64,000 nucleotides of DNA from Catajapyx aquilonaris (taxonomy: Eukaryota): contig KZ538176.1 in the NCBI GenBank assembly GCA_000934665.2, positions 186,001 through 250,000 of the forward strand. Reading direction: 5' to 3'. Both the position numbers and the translations under genes were made by a program. The notes under the pieces are model-generated. The model saw only the letters and a list, made by a program, of their open reading frames with translations. It did not search any database and had not been told where the DNA came from. Shown in pieces: positions 1 to 13,600 of the stretch. Positions within the stretch are counted from its first letter, which is position 1. Each line of letters begins with the position of its first letter.

Positions 1-603
1 TGTACTGATTGTGGCTGTCAGTATGGTTGTATTTATCGACTTGCGTACATTGTACGCATCTAATGTTTCATTTTCCAATATTGGCAAACACCACACGATC
101 CATCTGCCAATATTGGCGAATATGTGCATATATGTGAATGCAACATTTTTAATACCGATTTTTGCATATTTGTTCACATTGTTGCCCATTGCCCATGTAG
201 TTCCAGGAATATCACCAACTGACGACATCTGATTGGAACGCTGACCATCGATGACCAAGTTGCCCCTAGCTTCTCCAGTATGCGAATAACTTGATCCTCC
301 AGAATCATCACCCACCCACCCACCTATCCCTAAAAGCCAATGGTGCTGGTTCTGCTGGCCACGCCATACAACGGCGACCGTGGAAATTCCCATCCAACTT
401 CTTAGGCCGTTGTTGGGAACTGGAGGTTGGTTGGTTGGTTGGATGGGGGAGGAAGAAGAAACGTAGGGGGGGTAGATGGGAAGANGGGATTTCTGGGCGC
501 TGAGTGCAGTAGCCAGAAACCGAGGGGTCCTCTGCCAGCTCCCTCTCCGTACATTCAGAACACTACCAACATTCTTCTCTGCCCCCAGGCTGGTTCTTGT
601 GGG

Positions 604-871
604 CCAATCAGAATCCTCGGCAGAGTGCAATCGCTCAAGGCATCCGTCCCCTAGTATTTAAACTAGATGCTGGTAAACGCGCACGAGTTTACGCTATTAT
701 CCTGTGGAGACAAGCATGGTGGGAGCACCGGCTCTCTAGATAGGCTGAGGGACTCTTCAGGTCTTTGGTAGTACCCCAGTCGACAACCAGTGACTCACAC
801 ACAACTACAGGGTGCTACGGGGGAGGTTCGCGTCCGGGGTGTGAGGCAATATAGCTGCACTTGAGGTAAGT
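604..871 (+). promoter_or_regulatory. Putative promoter and non-coding first exon of the tenectin-like gene
   Basis: CCAAT at 604-608, TATA-like TATTTAAA at 655-662 and a consensus donor GAG|GTAAGT (intron starting 866). The coding ATG at 7672 directly follows an acceptor (tttcag|ATG), so an upstream untranslated exon is expected. The link between the two is inferred. Confidence 0.4.
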
Positions 872-3619
872 CACAATTTGTTTCAATATTAGGAGACTTC
901 AATGCGCGATATTTTTGTTGAAAATTGGCTACCTTGAGTTCTTTTGATGTCTTTTTCCGTCATTGTGAATCTTTACGGTTTGAGAATGGAAGGAAGGTCG
1001 CTTAAGCCGCAGTGTATACAAGAGTAGTTTCGGGGCAAGGAGGAGGTCGAGTAATCAGAGGACATCTACAGAGATGCACTGCTTCACGTATGCTGGGCTG
1101 GACCTCCCCTACTTTTTTGTGTGTGTGTGTGTGTCTGGCCTTTTCCAGATATTTCAGGAAGATGAAGATTAACGAGAAAAACTTTGTACCGTTAATTCCC
1201 GTTTTTTTTTATTATTTCGCGTACCACCCGGTGTAACGTGGCAGCTCTTCCAGAAAAACGGGTCGTTTTTCTACAATTTTTTTACACTTTCGGTTTCAAT
1301 TGCGTAAGGTCGGTAGTTAGTACAAGGCAACTGCTGATCAGGATCTACCACTTTTTTATATTCGAATCCGTGTTTTTCAAATATAAATTATACGTGTGTG
1401 CACCTTCAGGATAAGGAATCCGCACATTAAAAATTGCCATTTTCGCAATAAACACCCCCCCCCCNNNNNNNNNNNATTCTCGTTCAACCTTGCTAGGGTA
1501 AAATCCCGTTGCAATGTCGTCTGTACAGGACTCGCTTGTAATAATAGCCCGGTTGTGGTCTGTGCGCACCTTATACAGAACTGGCTGAACTGGTGGGTGG
1601 ACCAGTAGACCAGTTTCCCCTAGGAAGATGGATGTTCGCGGGATTCAAAATAGGCAGACGGGTGTATAAGTGTGGCATTAGAATTAGGTAAGTGTTGGCT
1701 AACTTATACCCTACTAACCACTCCTAAAAAATACGTTTCCAGAATTTTATAGGTGGGGCTCAATTTTTTTGTGGTGCGTCTTCATTCCTGGCGCGCTTTT
1801 GGTATGTTCAGGATTTATGATGATTTGGGGAAGGACCTGGGAATAGCATTAAGCCATTAGCATGAAAATAAAGTAATCCGGGTTGTATGGCGAGCCTTGC
1901 CTGTAGAAGGGGACAGTCATAATAATTATTGATGAGCTGTGACAAAGGGCGGGTGGGCTTCCCCCAGGGGCACAAGTGTCTGCGACACCCCCAGTCATGG
2001 CCACTCCAATATTTGCCAAAGTCTGCCTTTTTGCAGCGTTGCCTCTGTGCCCTTGGCTTCAATTTTTTATTACGCTGGACAGTCAGCGCGTGGGCAAATA
2101 TCTGGAGAGAATGATGGCTAAGTAGAAGATCATTGTTAATTCAACTGTTGGCTCTTTGGAGTTGCTGGAAGACTAGGGGTGGGACCTGTAAATCCTTAAA
2201 GTACCAACAGGCAACATGGATATCCCTTAGGGACCCCCCATCAAAGGGTCGTAAGACCCTTCCTGGAATATCCCTGGAAGGGGAGGATCTGTGTGGATGA
2301 GGGGAACAGAAATTTTAGTCTGGGATTAACTCATGAGGTTCATTTGAAAATAATGTTCCCATCGACCTGTGACATAGGGCAGGTCGCCGTGAGAACATCC
2401 ATCTTGAGATTTTTGGAACCGGAAGCACGGGAAACACGATCCTCAGCATCTTCCCCCTCTTAAAGTCTGAATGGAATTGACCTCGGTGACTGTTCCTCAG
2501 ATTAGGAGGGGCAGACGCATCACGGGTGGGCCTGTCTTCCTTCTCTTCTTCCCAGCATCTCTCAGTGTGGGAAATGCTAGGATGATCGTGTCCGGGGTCG
2601 TCGTGGTCGTGACCACCCCAGCAATGGATGGATGGATGGCAAAGGAAGACAAGTAGGAAAAAGGGGGGGAATTCTTTTTCTTGGCGTCGTCGAAGAAGTC
2701 AGAGTTGAATTTCTGGCTCTCACACAAACTGAAAACAGATCCCATATGGGTTCTCCCTTTCTTAGAAACCAAAAAAAAGTGGGCACGCTGTTTATCCTCA
2801 AAAGTTTGGGGGGGTCAACATGGCCCTACCCTCTTACAACAACCCTGGTCTTTTCGGATGACCGACAACCTGCACGGGTCATTTCCGGGGAAGGGAAGCG
2901 ACAGGAAGCTGGAAAATCTAAGAAATGCGTCTCTTATTTTTTTTTTTGAAACACATGGTTCCAAACCAGGATCAAATTTGTAGCCCCTCCTGATTGGTCT
3001 GACAGCTCAAGAAAAGTGGGATCTTATCACAAAGATATTGAAAACCTCATTCTGACCTTGGTTCTCCCTCTTTAAAAAAAAAAATTGTAACAGAAAAACC
3101 TGTCCAGAAGCTACTTGACCACAGCCACCATCTTACTCCAGGACACCTCGCGCACCATTGAACTTTTTGTTCCCCCAATCTCACTAACGAGTTACCTTGA
3201 CAAAGGTTGAGGACCACGAAATGACTCACGCTACTAGATGCTTTTTAACAAGAATGAAATTGTGGCAAGCCAACTAAGTAAAAGCGGTTGCCCTTTGTCT
3301 AGGCTCCCATGCCGCCAGATCCAATTGGATAGGCCTCTAGTAGATGAGGAGGACAGTCGACCTTGCCCCAAGCACCAACCTGCCAACGCCCTTTTTCCAC
3401 CTCTTTATCAATGGGTTAAATCGTACTAGTAGCAGATTTACGTAACATACGCCAACAAGGGCGGTGCCCTCTTCAACCTCACTTCAAAGACCTTGGGTGG
3501 TATTATGCACTTGTCGCCTTCTTGCGTGCACATATGAATGTGTCCGTTAGGTCATAAACACAAACCTGTACCAACCTATTATCACGCAGTGTCATTTGCA
3601 TCAAGGTTGAAAGTGCTAG

Positions 3620-3691
3620 CTGTGGTGCTTTTCCTTTCGCAGACTATGTACACAAGTGTGTACATAGTCTGCGAAAGGAAAAGCACCACAG
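3620..3691. repeat. Perfect 72-nt palindrome (35-bp arms, 2-nt spacer)
   Basis: CTGTGGTGCTTTTCCTTTCGCAGACTATGTACACA-ag-TGTGTACATAGTCTGCGAAAGGAAAAGCACCACAG; the arms are exact reverse complements. Confidence 0.95.
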
Positions 3692-6600
3692 TTTGACCAA
3701 TTAATCGCATCCTGTTGTCATCAACCATACCGTTAGAAGCAAGTCTACGATTGTCACCTGGATGATTAGATAAGGAAATAACGGAGTGTCCAATAAGTTG
3801 CCCAATGGTCCGGAAACAGGGTGCTTCACACGGTACTGACGTGTACGGAACAGTATGTGGAAGAAGTGGTGAGAAATCAGATGACTTGGGTCGACCTTGC
3901 CAAGTGGAGGGCACTAGGTTTCCGGAATCCACCCCTCATGATTCTATCGGCAAACTTTCGTGGATCCATGCCAAAGAACCTGGTCAGGGAGACATTACGC
4001 CATCTTCCTATCCTATGACCACAGGGTGTCCAATTTTTAAAGAAAACATGGGGAGGTCAACAACCTGAACTAGTACTACTCATCACGGTCACCGGGGTGG
4101 ACATCGGGTGCGAAACCTGCTGGACAGGTCCACACAAGGTTTGAAGCCACACCCAGCAAGTTCACCATTTTGCATGGGTACGACTCTTCCGTACTTAACA
4201 ATGTGATTGAACAAAATGGAAAATTCGGTGTGTTTCCGCAACATTACGAAACATTACGGAAATTGATCAAATTTTTTTTCGCACTGATTAGTCTGCGCAT
4301 ACCCCGAAGCCATGGAGACCGGTTTGCACTTTTGTCATTCCTTGACCGCGAATTACCTTCGACAGGGTTGCCCAATCGAGCCCGGGAAAGTATTAGAAGT
4401 GTTCCGATGTGTCGACATCGCAACGGGAACAATACTGCACATCCCATCCGATACTATCAGCCCGGAGGAAATAGAGAGAAATCGACCATTTTTAAATAAT
4501 TTTTGTCAAAGGTCAAAAAAAAAGAAGTCGACAGAGAAAACTTTGCACGTGGCAACTTGTGTAACGGTGTGACTGGAATAATTTGTATGTTAGTGTGTGG
4601 CGATGAACTGCGAGTGTGTGGGAGCGAAGGTGTCGGTCGTCAGGTCAGCCATTCTTATCGTAGGTGGAGAAGAAGTTTTAAGGAGAGAATTTTGCCCGTT
4701 ACTTCCCTGACCTCCCTAGGAGATATGCCCGCGCCCATCTACATAAAGAGTGGGCCAACCACTATTTCAACTTTAAAAAAAAACATATCTTTCATAATGT
4801 TCACACTGTGGGAAATCCAAAGCCGTGATGGAGAGACACTGATCTCGGTCAGCATCAGAAACGTGAGCAATTTTGGTCGTGACGTTCAGAAAACCTCAAC
4901 TCATCCGATTGTCAACTATTACATTTTTTAAAAATAGGAGCTTATTCTATTTAGCAACATCTCTCACCTAACGACTATACAGTTATGTGCGCTTCGGGGA
5001 AAGTGCGGGTTAAAGATAGAACCCCCCCTTGCTTGTAAAACAGGTTTCTGCGAGTTCAACCTGCTTCCTTCTTCGGGCGAAAGTAACTGCAATATTTTTG
5101 GGCAGCTCGGGTCAGTTTAAACCGAGTTCATGGCCAGCCGGTTATATATTTTTTTTCGAGATCATTTTTGTAATCGGTCTGATCCATTCTTCTTTAGTTT
5201 GACAATGTGGTTCCCAGCGTCTTACAGTTAGTTACCCACTTTTCTGGCAAAAAAAAAAAAAATGTGGTAACTTCTAGCTCATTCTCTTCCAAGATATCTG
5301 ACAAACTAGAGCTCTTGTCCTACTTTACCAGCATCTTTTTCGTGGTGCAACCATCTTGCAGCCCTAATATTACCATGAGAACAGTTAGATAATTCCGGTG
5401 ACACAATAGCCCACAAAGTCCAGATACGGTATCTGTTGAGGGCGTCACATGTGGAGGCGTCGCTCAATATTTTGATGTCACCTTTTGGATGACACTGACC
5501 TCGGTGCATTTCCTGCATTTTTGCCCAATATTACGGGATATCGTGACCATATATGAGCATGCAATTGTCTCTTGCTTGAAGCATGGGAAGAGGGCGGAAC
5601 TTGGCCAGAAAAAATTACATTTTACTTTCGATTTTTGATTTAGCCTTAGGGCTGGTTCTGATTTTTTTTTTGTACTCCCAAATTTTTTATGAGGCGGGGG
5701 AAGAAAACCATAATTTCAGATAGGAATGTAATTTTGAGTGGCGGCTACGTTGCCGCAACGCTTCTTCCTGATCTGCCAGAGCCATTCACCTCTACCACCC
5801 TCTGGTTCAACCACTCGCTCGTTTTTTTTCCATTTTTTTTTTTCCTTTTCTTTAACACACCAGAGTTCTCTTTGAATCAAAATGCTCCGTGGAATTTTGC
5901 TGCAAACTTCACGCACAATTTCATGCTGTTTGGAATTGCACTTTCTTACGTGCTACACTGCGGGATATGCTTGCTTGGAGCTGTGATGTTACATCATAGA
6001 GACTAGGCATTGCATTCATGATAGTTTTATAAAAATTAATTTTAACATAATTGTCTATGGCGTTACCTGAAATGTGTACGAGTTATTACACGGTGTACCT
6101 CAAAGGAACAGTACCGGTGGTGCTATATACCACAGTCAATTGCACCAATACGTTTACAGTTATCCCAGCTGAGTGTCGGCTCAACCGACCATTTAGTTGC
6201 TAGTAAAAGACAGTTTAGCACTACCACCATCTGTCCTTTGAGCCGCTTAGAAGCGTAGTTCCATTGACTTAATGGCCCGTGACAACGTCTGCTTTGACGT
6301 GAGGAGCGATTGAAACGCCACTCTAGCAGAAAGTTAAGTGTCACGAAAGCACGTGGGTTGTGTATGCAAATGCTCAACACACGTGGAAGCACCAGCAGCA
6401 TCCGCATGTATAGCGGGACTTGACTCGAGCACATTACGTTATGAAGGAGAAGACGAAGGGGGGGAAAAAAATAGCAGTTACTCTCGCCTCTGTTCACTTT
6501 CATTAGTCATCTTTGGTTACACTTTTATGTTTGTACAGGCGCTGGGGACAATGGGTCAAATCGTAAAAAAAAGGGCTTCGAGCGGAACTTGAGGGGTCAA

Positions 6601-7671
6601 TTTGGAGTTAGGGCCAAGTGGCAACTAACGGGGGCTGCAGACATAGCACTATGCAATCACTTTAGATTGTTACCGTGGAATTTCGAACTGATTGAAACAG
6701 GACTTTCCTGTTTTTTTTATTAGCTGCTACATACTTACACACTCACAATTTGGTATATGTATTATTACACTCATGCTACAAGAATACATTGCACTAACTC
6801 TGCCACTTGTTGCGGATATCTCGGACTCTACTTAAAATTTTTGGGAGCATAATTGATGCTCATCATATTGTTCCAAGGATCGACCGTCCCTGAGCCTTGA
6901 TTAGCTGGGAACAATATGAGACCCTGTATCCTTGAAATATGCAAGTAAAACAAAGCAGACCACCTGCCGGCTTCTTCGATATCAATAGAACTGAATCGGG
7001 ATGATGTGCATTTGAACAGGTAAAAATTACTCCGTGGATCTGTGTAGGGTCCGAGACTCGTGACCAACTCAAGGCTGACCTCCAGGAGATGGCGCCGAAA
7101 ATGGACGTCATTTTCTTTGAAGTCGTCGAAACACTGATTTCAAACCGTCAGCCACTAGCTGAGAGTGTAGAAAATTATCGCCCCTTTTTTTACATCATCA
7201 CTTCGAGTGTTTATCATCACGCGTGAATAAAAGAGCAAACATGTTGAAGATGACCTGTGTTGGAATCGTCAGAAATATCTTTCTCGAAGGCCACCCTGAA
7301 GTGCAATAGAGGAAGATGCGGTTTCAAAGAGGATTTATCCACCACAACCAGGAAAAAAAATGACTCCAGGAATGACACGACACGTACTCACGACTTTTGC
7401 CTTGTGACATTGCGACCCGCTTCCCGTTAAAAAAAAAATTGCAGTACTACGGTGAAGTCTCATTAACAATTAGGCTGCAAACCGCTTAAAAGAGGGGCTT
7501 CCAAGGCGACGACAAAAGGAGTTCTCATGCTCGAAGGGCGCAGGAAGTATTTTCTCACGCGACACCCTGTAGGATAATGCTCCAGGATTGACTTTGTTGT
7601 TAAACACTGATTTATTTGTGAACAATATTTTCCTTCCGATATGTGACATTGTTGAATTTTGTGTATTTCAG

Positions 7672-10600
7672 ATGTGGCTGGAAGAAGGAAGGCGGCCTAG
7701 GCTGCCTGTGGGCATCATGCTCCCTTGGATAGGTCTGATGGTGGTACTTTTGGCCTCCCGGGCAACGGTAGCAGGTGAGTCACTCTTCTTTTACGACTTA
7801 TTTGCATGCTGGCCAATTTATTCAAAGTGCCGGGAGAGTAATAACCATCTGTGTGCGACCTTGTCACGTCTATACTGTCCGTTTTCTAGGTAAAAATATG
7901 TCAATTGCATGACAAGCCTTGGGCGCACTTCCGAGTAGCGAGGAATGTTTGAACAACCAAAATTGGCATATCTAGGTTCCTTTTTAGATGCTTCCTCGTA
8001 CAATAATAGAATAGGGTATCTATTTTTACACCGGTATGGCACTTGCTTCATCATCCTTCTTCGTTATAGACATCACTTTTTCCAATCACGTGCCAACGAT
8101 AACCTTGATGATGAGCACCTTGTAAACAAAAGAAGCAACCCTGAAAACATCTTGTTTGTCGAAATCTATGAGCCACGATTCCGGGTTTATATCGTTTTTA
8201 CTACACACCTTTAGGGCATCAAAGTGCGTATACACACACACACACACACAAAATAATAACATCGGAATGAAACATGCAATTTTCCGGACCGATGGTAGTC
8301 GGAAGCAGTTTTCCCTCTCGATCTTCTTTTCTGTCGGCGTGAATGAGGTTGTTGCCTCCAGACCCTTTTCTCTACACTTGGAGTGTCACGGGCTCACGGT
8401 CATGGCCGTTCAACTGAGGACGCCTTCACCAACAAGTAGTTTACCAGTAGCCGGACACTGAACTACTCGAGGTAGTAAGCCCACCCAGGAAATATCTCAC
8501 GAGGAAGTGCCTTCCTTTTTTTTTTTTTTAAAGACACAAAATGGAAGCCCCCCATGAGCACCTGCCGATTCTCGTCACGGAAGTTTGAGCTAGGCGACCG
8601 TACCTAATCTGCAGATATTCATTTCGATTTTCGTCAAATAACACGGCTGAGAGGTGATAAAAATTTTGTGGTCGTCCCCAGTTATGCAGTCGAGTTCCTG
8701 CTCTCAAGATTCTTGTGGGCTTCCTGCTTTGAAGCTGGTGGAATGAAAAAAAAAACACATTTTTTTTTTGTAATCTTAAATACATGCAATGTTTTGTGGT
8801 TGCAGCTTGATTTACCACAGTTGGTTCAAGGACAGTGGCGTAGCTGGAATTTTAATGGTTCGTAGCCTCTAGTTTATTATTGGGCGGAAGATTAGTTGGT
8901 AATGTTCTGGCGGATGAATCAGTTTATTATGGTTGGAGCAGAAAGGTGGATAAACTCATTACAGAAGCCAATAACCGTTTTTGGTACGGTGCACAACAAT
9001 CTCGTATTTGGTGCAATTAATTGAGAATGGAATTTGCGTAACATTACTCACTGAAATTACACACATGGTGCATTATTTTATTCGGTTAAGTATGTGTCAA
9101 TACACACATTAATTTACCTATATGCACATTACACATCAAATTTAATTGCCTCTAATGAGCAAAATAATCCGGACTTGTTTACGAGTCAACATTTGCGCGT
9201 CTGGATGTTTTTCCCAGGCTACCGTGCCACGCGGAATGGGCCTCTAATAAGTTATCGGGGCAAGGTAGATGTCCCCATCCCCTTTTAAGGGTGTCGCGCC
9301 CGTTACGAAACAGAAAACCAGTCCCCGCGTGGTCCCCAATGAAGGTCTGGGAGAGACTGGAACACGTGAGTGGACGAGGAGCGTGCCTGCCATATGTAAC
9401 TGCACCTGTCCAGGGCCATGGAACCGTTCCTTTCCCCATAGCCAGAGGCACTCTTTGGCTCATATGTGGGTGGTGGGTGGAGTAATATTCGGCCTGGGTG
9501 CCAAATATTCGCAGGTGAACTGTTTCACATGGGTGGTGCAATGGGGGGCCTCCTCTTCCTTCGAGCAGGGGCGATGCTGTGGGAACCCGGTCACATGGTG
9601 CAGAATGGGATCAGTTGGTGCATCAAGATTTGCTTGTGTTTACTGCTTGTTGTTTACACAAGCTTAATGGGGTTGGAGGCCAAGGGGCGAGCCCACTGTT
9701 TTGCATGGGATTCAACACCTTGCGAAATTCCGGCCATCTTAAAATTTTTGCTATTGGCTACCTACTTGATGCCCAATGGTCTAGTTGGCAAGTATTACCG
9801 ACCGGCCGGCCATCGTGGGTGGTGTTACACGATCCCGTCCTGCTGTTGAGTTTTCTCACGGCGCTACTCGAACTAACGGGTCCTCTCTCGTTATAGCATA
9901 TGCGAAATTGGTCGAATCTTGCACGACACTACGGTATTATGCAATAGTGGTACATATAGCCATAATATATCAGATGCAGCGACTATACAACCAGAATCGC
10001 GAATATGTTCACTAGGACAAAGTTCAACCTCCGAACGGGGTTTGCACGCAGTGATGAATCCTGATGTGTAACTGGCCCATTTCGCGTTCTATGCCAATAG
10101 TCATGCGGACTGGATATAAAAATGTACTATAGGGAATACCTGAGCAGTTGCATTACCGTAACTTCTCTTTGCGGCACTTGCTCTTTGTGTGGGGCCTTGA
10201 CAATGGGAACGTGGTGTCACACCGCCATTGTTCTTCTATGCCATTGTTTCTGGCAGCCACGAAGCGCAGAAGAATGAAGTGGTTAATGGGAACATGGTCT
10301 TCTTGGTGGCCCCAAGAGCTAGTCGCAGATATTATCGTCGGGAGTGTATCGCTGATGTGATGCTCTTTTCCATGAGAAAGACATGGTTGGCAATGCCAGT
10401 CGATGGTCCCATCGTTCTGGCTCGGAGCTCTAATTAATGATGTACCGGAAGACAAGCTTTGAACATATGCAAACAAGGCCATAAATTCGATTAGATAAGG
10501 AATTGTAACTGTCGTTGAATAGTCTTGTTTTCTCCATCCAACCGCATTTTTGTAAATTTTTTTTAAAAAAATCTGCCAAATCATGGCATCCATAAGACTC

Positions 10601-13600
10601 GTCCGTTTTCATGAGGAACATCTCATTCTGTGAATTTGTCACGCCCAGTGATTGCCCCCAGATCCAATCCATATGATGCTTAACAGGACCTTCCCAGATT
10701 TTTCATTCAAAAGGAAAGCACAACTCATGCGTACATTTTCTTGGTTAATTATACGAAGAGAGCCCCCATCCGACAACATGACCTTCAATAGGCAATAAAC
10801 CGGTTGATGCTGAGAAAAGAACCTGCGGTCTCAAAAACCACCTTCGCTTTTCCTGGATTCATTACAGCATGATCGGGATAGTCACAGGGAACGCACCGGG
10901 AAGTCATATTATAGTCCTATAGAATTATTGCATTATTTTATAGGGATCCGGACTACTGGCCCCCTCCATTTCGTCCCCGGTCTTCTGGCCCCCGGCATAT
11001 TGGCCCCCGTGACCATTTCGTCCCCCGGCGTATTCGCACCCGTGACATATTCCACTTTGAAGCAATCTACTGGGCATTTCTAGAAAAGCGACAATATGCC
11101 GGGGGCGAAATGGTCACGGGGGGCAAATATGCCGGGGGCCAGAAGACCGGGGGCGAAAAGTCCGAGACCCTATTTTATATAAGTGCTATGAATGTAATTT
11201 TCAAAATATTTGTATGCTTTCCCTCAATTTTTGCCAATATTTGTCGCTCGCGTCCATCTCGCGTCTGTAGCTCACGCCCAACACACGACATCCCTGTCAG
11301 GTCCCATCTCATATGTCGAGCGCCCATGACGGACCACCTCACGCCCGCGTCACGCACAAAACGCGCTCGTGTGAATTCGTCCTAATCGTAGCTAGACCCC
11401 CCCTGTTCAATCACGAATCTTGGGGGCCATGCTGTAAGGTATGTTTAGCGGGCAAATGGGCCTTACATGCTGCGGCAGTTCATGGACCTCGGAAGGCCGC
11501 GAATTCCTCCGCTGGTTGCTTCTCAAGACCAGTGAGAGTATTCTCACGGATGAGGGAGAAAGGAGACACAGTCCCAAAGTGCTCTTCGCCACCAGCTCAA
11601 GTAGCTAAGAAGATGCAGCTCAGGTCTCCTCCACACCCCAGTTTTCTCAGCAAGTCTCACATTGTTCTTAGCTTCTCCGTTCTGCATTGCAACGCCCGGA
11701 ATTTACTACCTGTCAGGTGGATTGCAAGATGGCCCCTACCGGTTTCTTTCGGTGGAGGATAAAACGGGTTTTTTTTTCGGCGGTAGGTTTTACTCAATGG
11801 AGAGGCCTAATAATATCAGGAGCTTCCCGTTTCAGGGTTGCAGACGTGACCGTGTAATGCTTGATTCTATCACACATATACAAAAGTGCGAATACTGGTG
11901 ATATTGTCACTGCTTGAAATAATTTTCTGAATTGCCCTGGAGCACACGCAGATTTAAATGCGAGACCAGCCGTCCAATCATTTGCGAGGCTCTCACGTAT
12001 GCAAATTACGGGGGCGTCCGTATAAAGATCGCATGATAAGAATGTGCTCTTCTCGACATGGGAGAAAAATCATACTCCAACTAGACGCTGAGGGAGCAAT
12101 GAACTCATTATCCCTCGGGATCACGATGGTTCATTATTTACTCGACGGGATTAGGCATAATTTTGCGCGGGTTGGACTCTGCTGGCATCATATCCTTGGA
12201 TCCTCCTGAGATATCAACTCACCTTAACCTTATGGGAAGTTTTGTTGTGGGACGAGAACATCTTGATAAAAGACAATGCTGCTCTCCGAGGAACACTCTG
12301 GCACGAGTATTATTGCATAATATGTATTACGCGATGAGCCACTCTCGGTTTTTTAAAAGAAGACGACGCGATGCGACAAAATGTTGATTTGCATGTAAAT
12401 AGCCCCTTTCGTTAGTGCACTTGGTTTGCATGCAGCACATGTTCCGCCTTGCTGGAACTAACGAGACTGCAGCCAGATTTCAATCTTATTTATTCATTTA
12501 TAAGTTTACAGAGTGACTATACCCCTCTGGAATGAGAAAAAGAACCTTGAGCAATTAGTGGAAGTCGCATGCGAAATAGAGAGAAATAGTGTGTATGGAT
12601 AGTGTCGGTGTGTGGAAGTGTGAGAACCAGAGCTGCAGATAAATCGCGGACAAAAGGAAACGTTGCGAGAGATCCGCTAACTAACCCAACTCTCATGATT
12701 GCATCCATGAACTTCTTTTTTCTTCTTCTTCTACTGCTGATGCTTCTTCTGAGACCATCATCATCATCATCATCCACTACTAGTCTGCCACTAGCAGCAC
12801 ACTTTTTGGGATGATACCATCCATGACGCGGCCTTGGATGCGGCCTTGCAGGCTACCTCTACCCCCCTCCAGCCTTACCCTACCTCTCTACCCAACAACT
12901 GTTCCCAAGACTAGAAATTATCCTGCCTCCAAAACCATTTTGACGTCCACTAGCAATCATACCCATTACACTCATGGTCTTCCACAAGGCGATAGCCAGA
13001 AGATTAGACAGCCTGTAATGGTCAATTTGTACTGCGCCGGATTCTGTTCCTTCGGGTACTTCAATTTAGCAATTCTGCCAGACTATTATTAGTCTAGATA
13101 ATTGACAGTCAGTATCTATACCACCAAATACCTGATATTCTCCCTGATTCTGATCTCGTTTTTTTTACAGTTAATAATTCCTATTTAAAAAAATTTGGCA
13201 AAATCATTCCAGACTTTATTTAAACAGTGCGCCTATTTACCCCTATGACACTGTGACTTCTATGAGGATTATATCACCACTTGTAGTGACAGTGAGTGAT
13301 TTCATAAACGCAGACAATAGTTTCTCACCATTAGCTACGCCGTATTTGCTGTTCATCAGGGTTGCTGTCTCATTCATGAGAAGTGCTTAATATCTAATTA
13401 TACTTAGATTCCAATGTCACCTGATGATTTGCGAGCTTCCTTGACGCCGTGTGCAGGTAGGCTAAATACTTCAAGGAAAAACACTAGGCTCCCTCCCCCC
13501 CCTCCCCCCAACTCGTGTTTCCTTTCCGCACTAGTGAATCCATTGAAGAACAGTTACGACTGCCTCAGGTTCCCACCAAAAATTTTCATAACATTTTCTC

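Noticed and set aside
1465..1475. Run of 11 Ns after a poly-C tract (also a single N at 485)
   Set aside because: Assembly ambiguity, not biology.
12602..12814. Signal-peptide-like ORF MNFFFLLLLLLMLLLRPSSSSSS as an alternative first exon
   Set aside because: The poly-Leu and poly-Ser come from (CTT)n and (TCA)n microsatellites, there is no good splice donor, and the frame soon stops.
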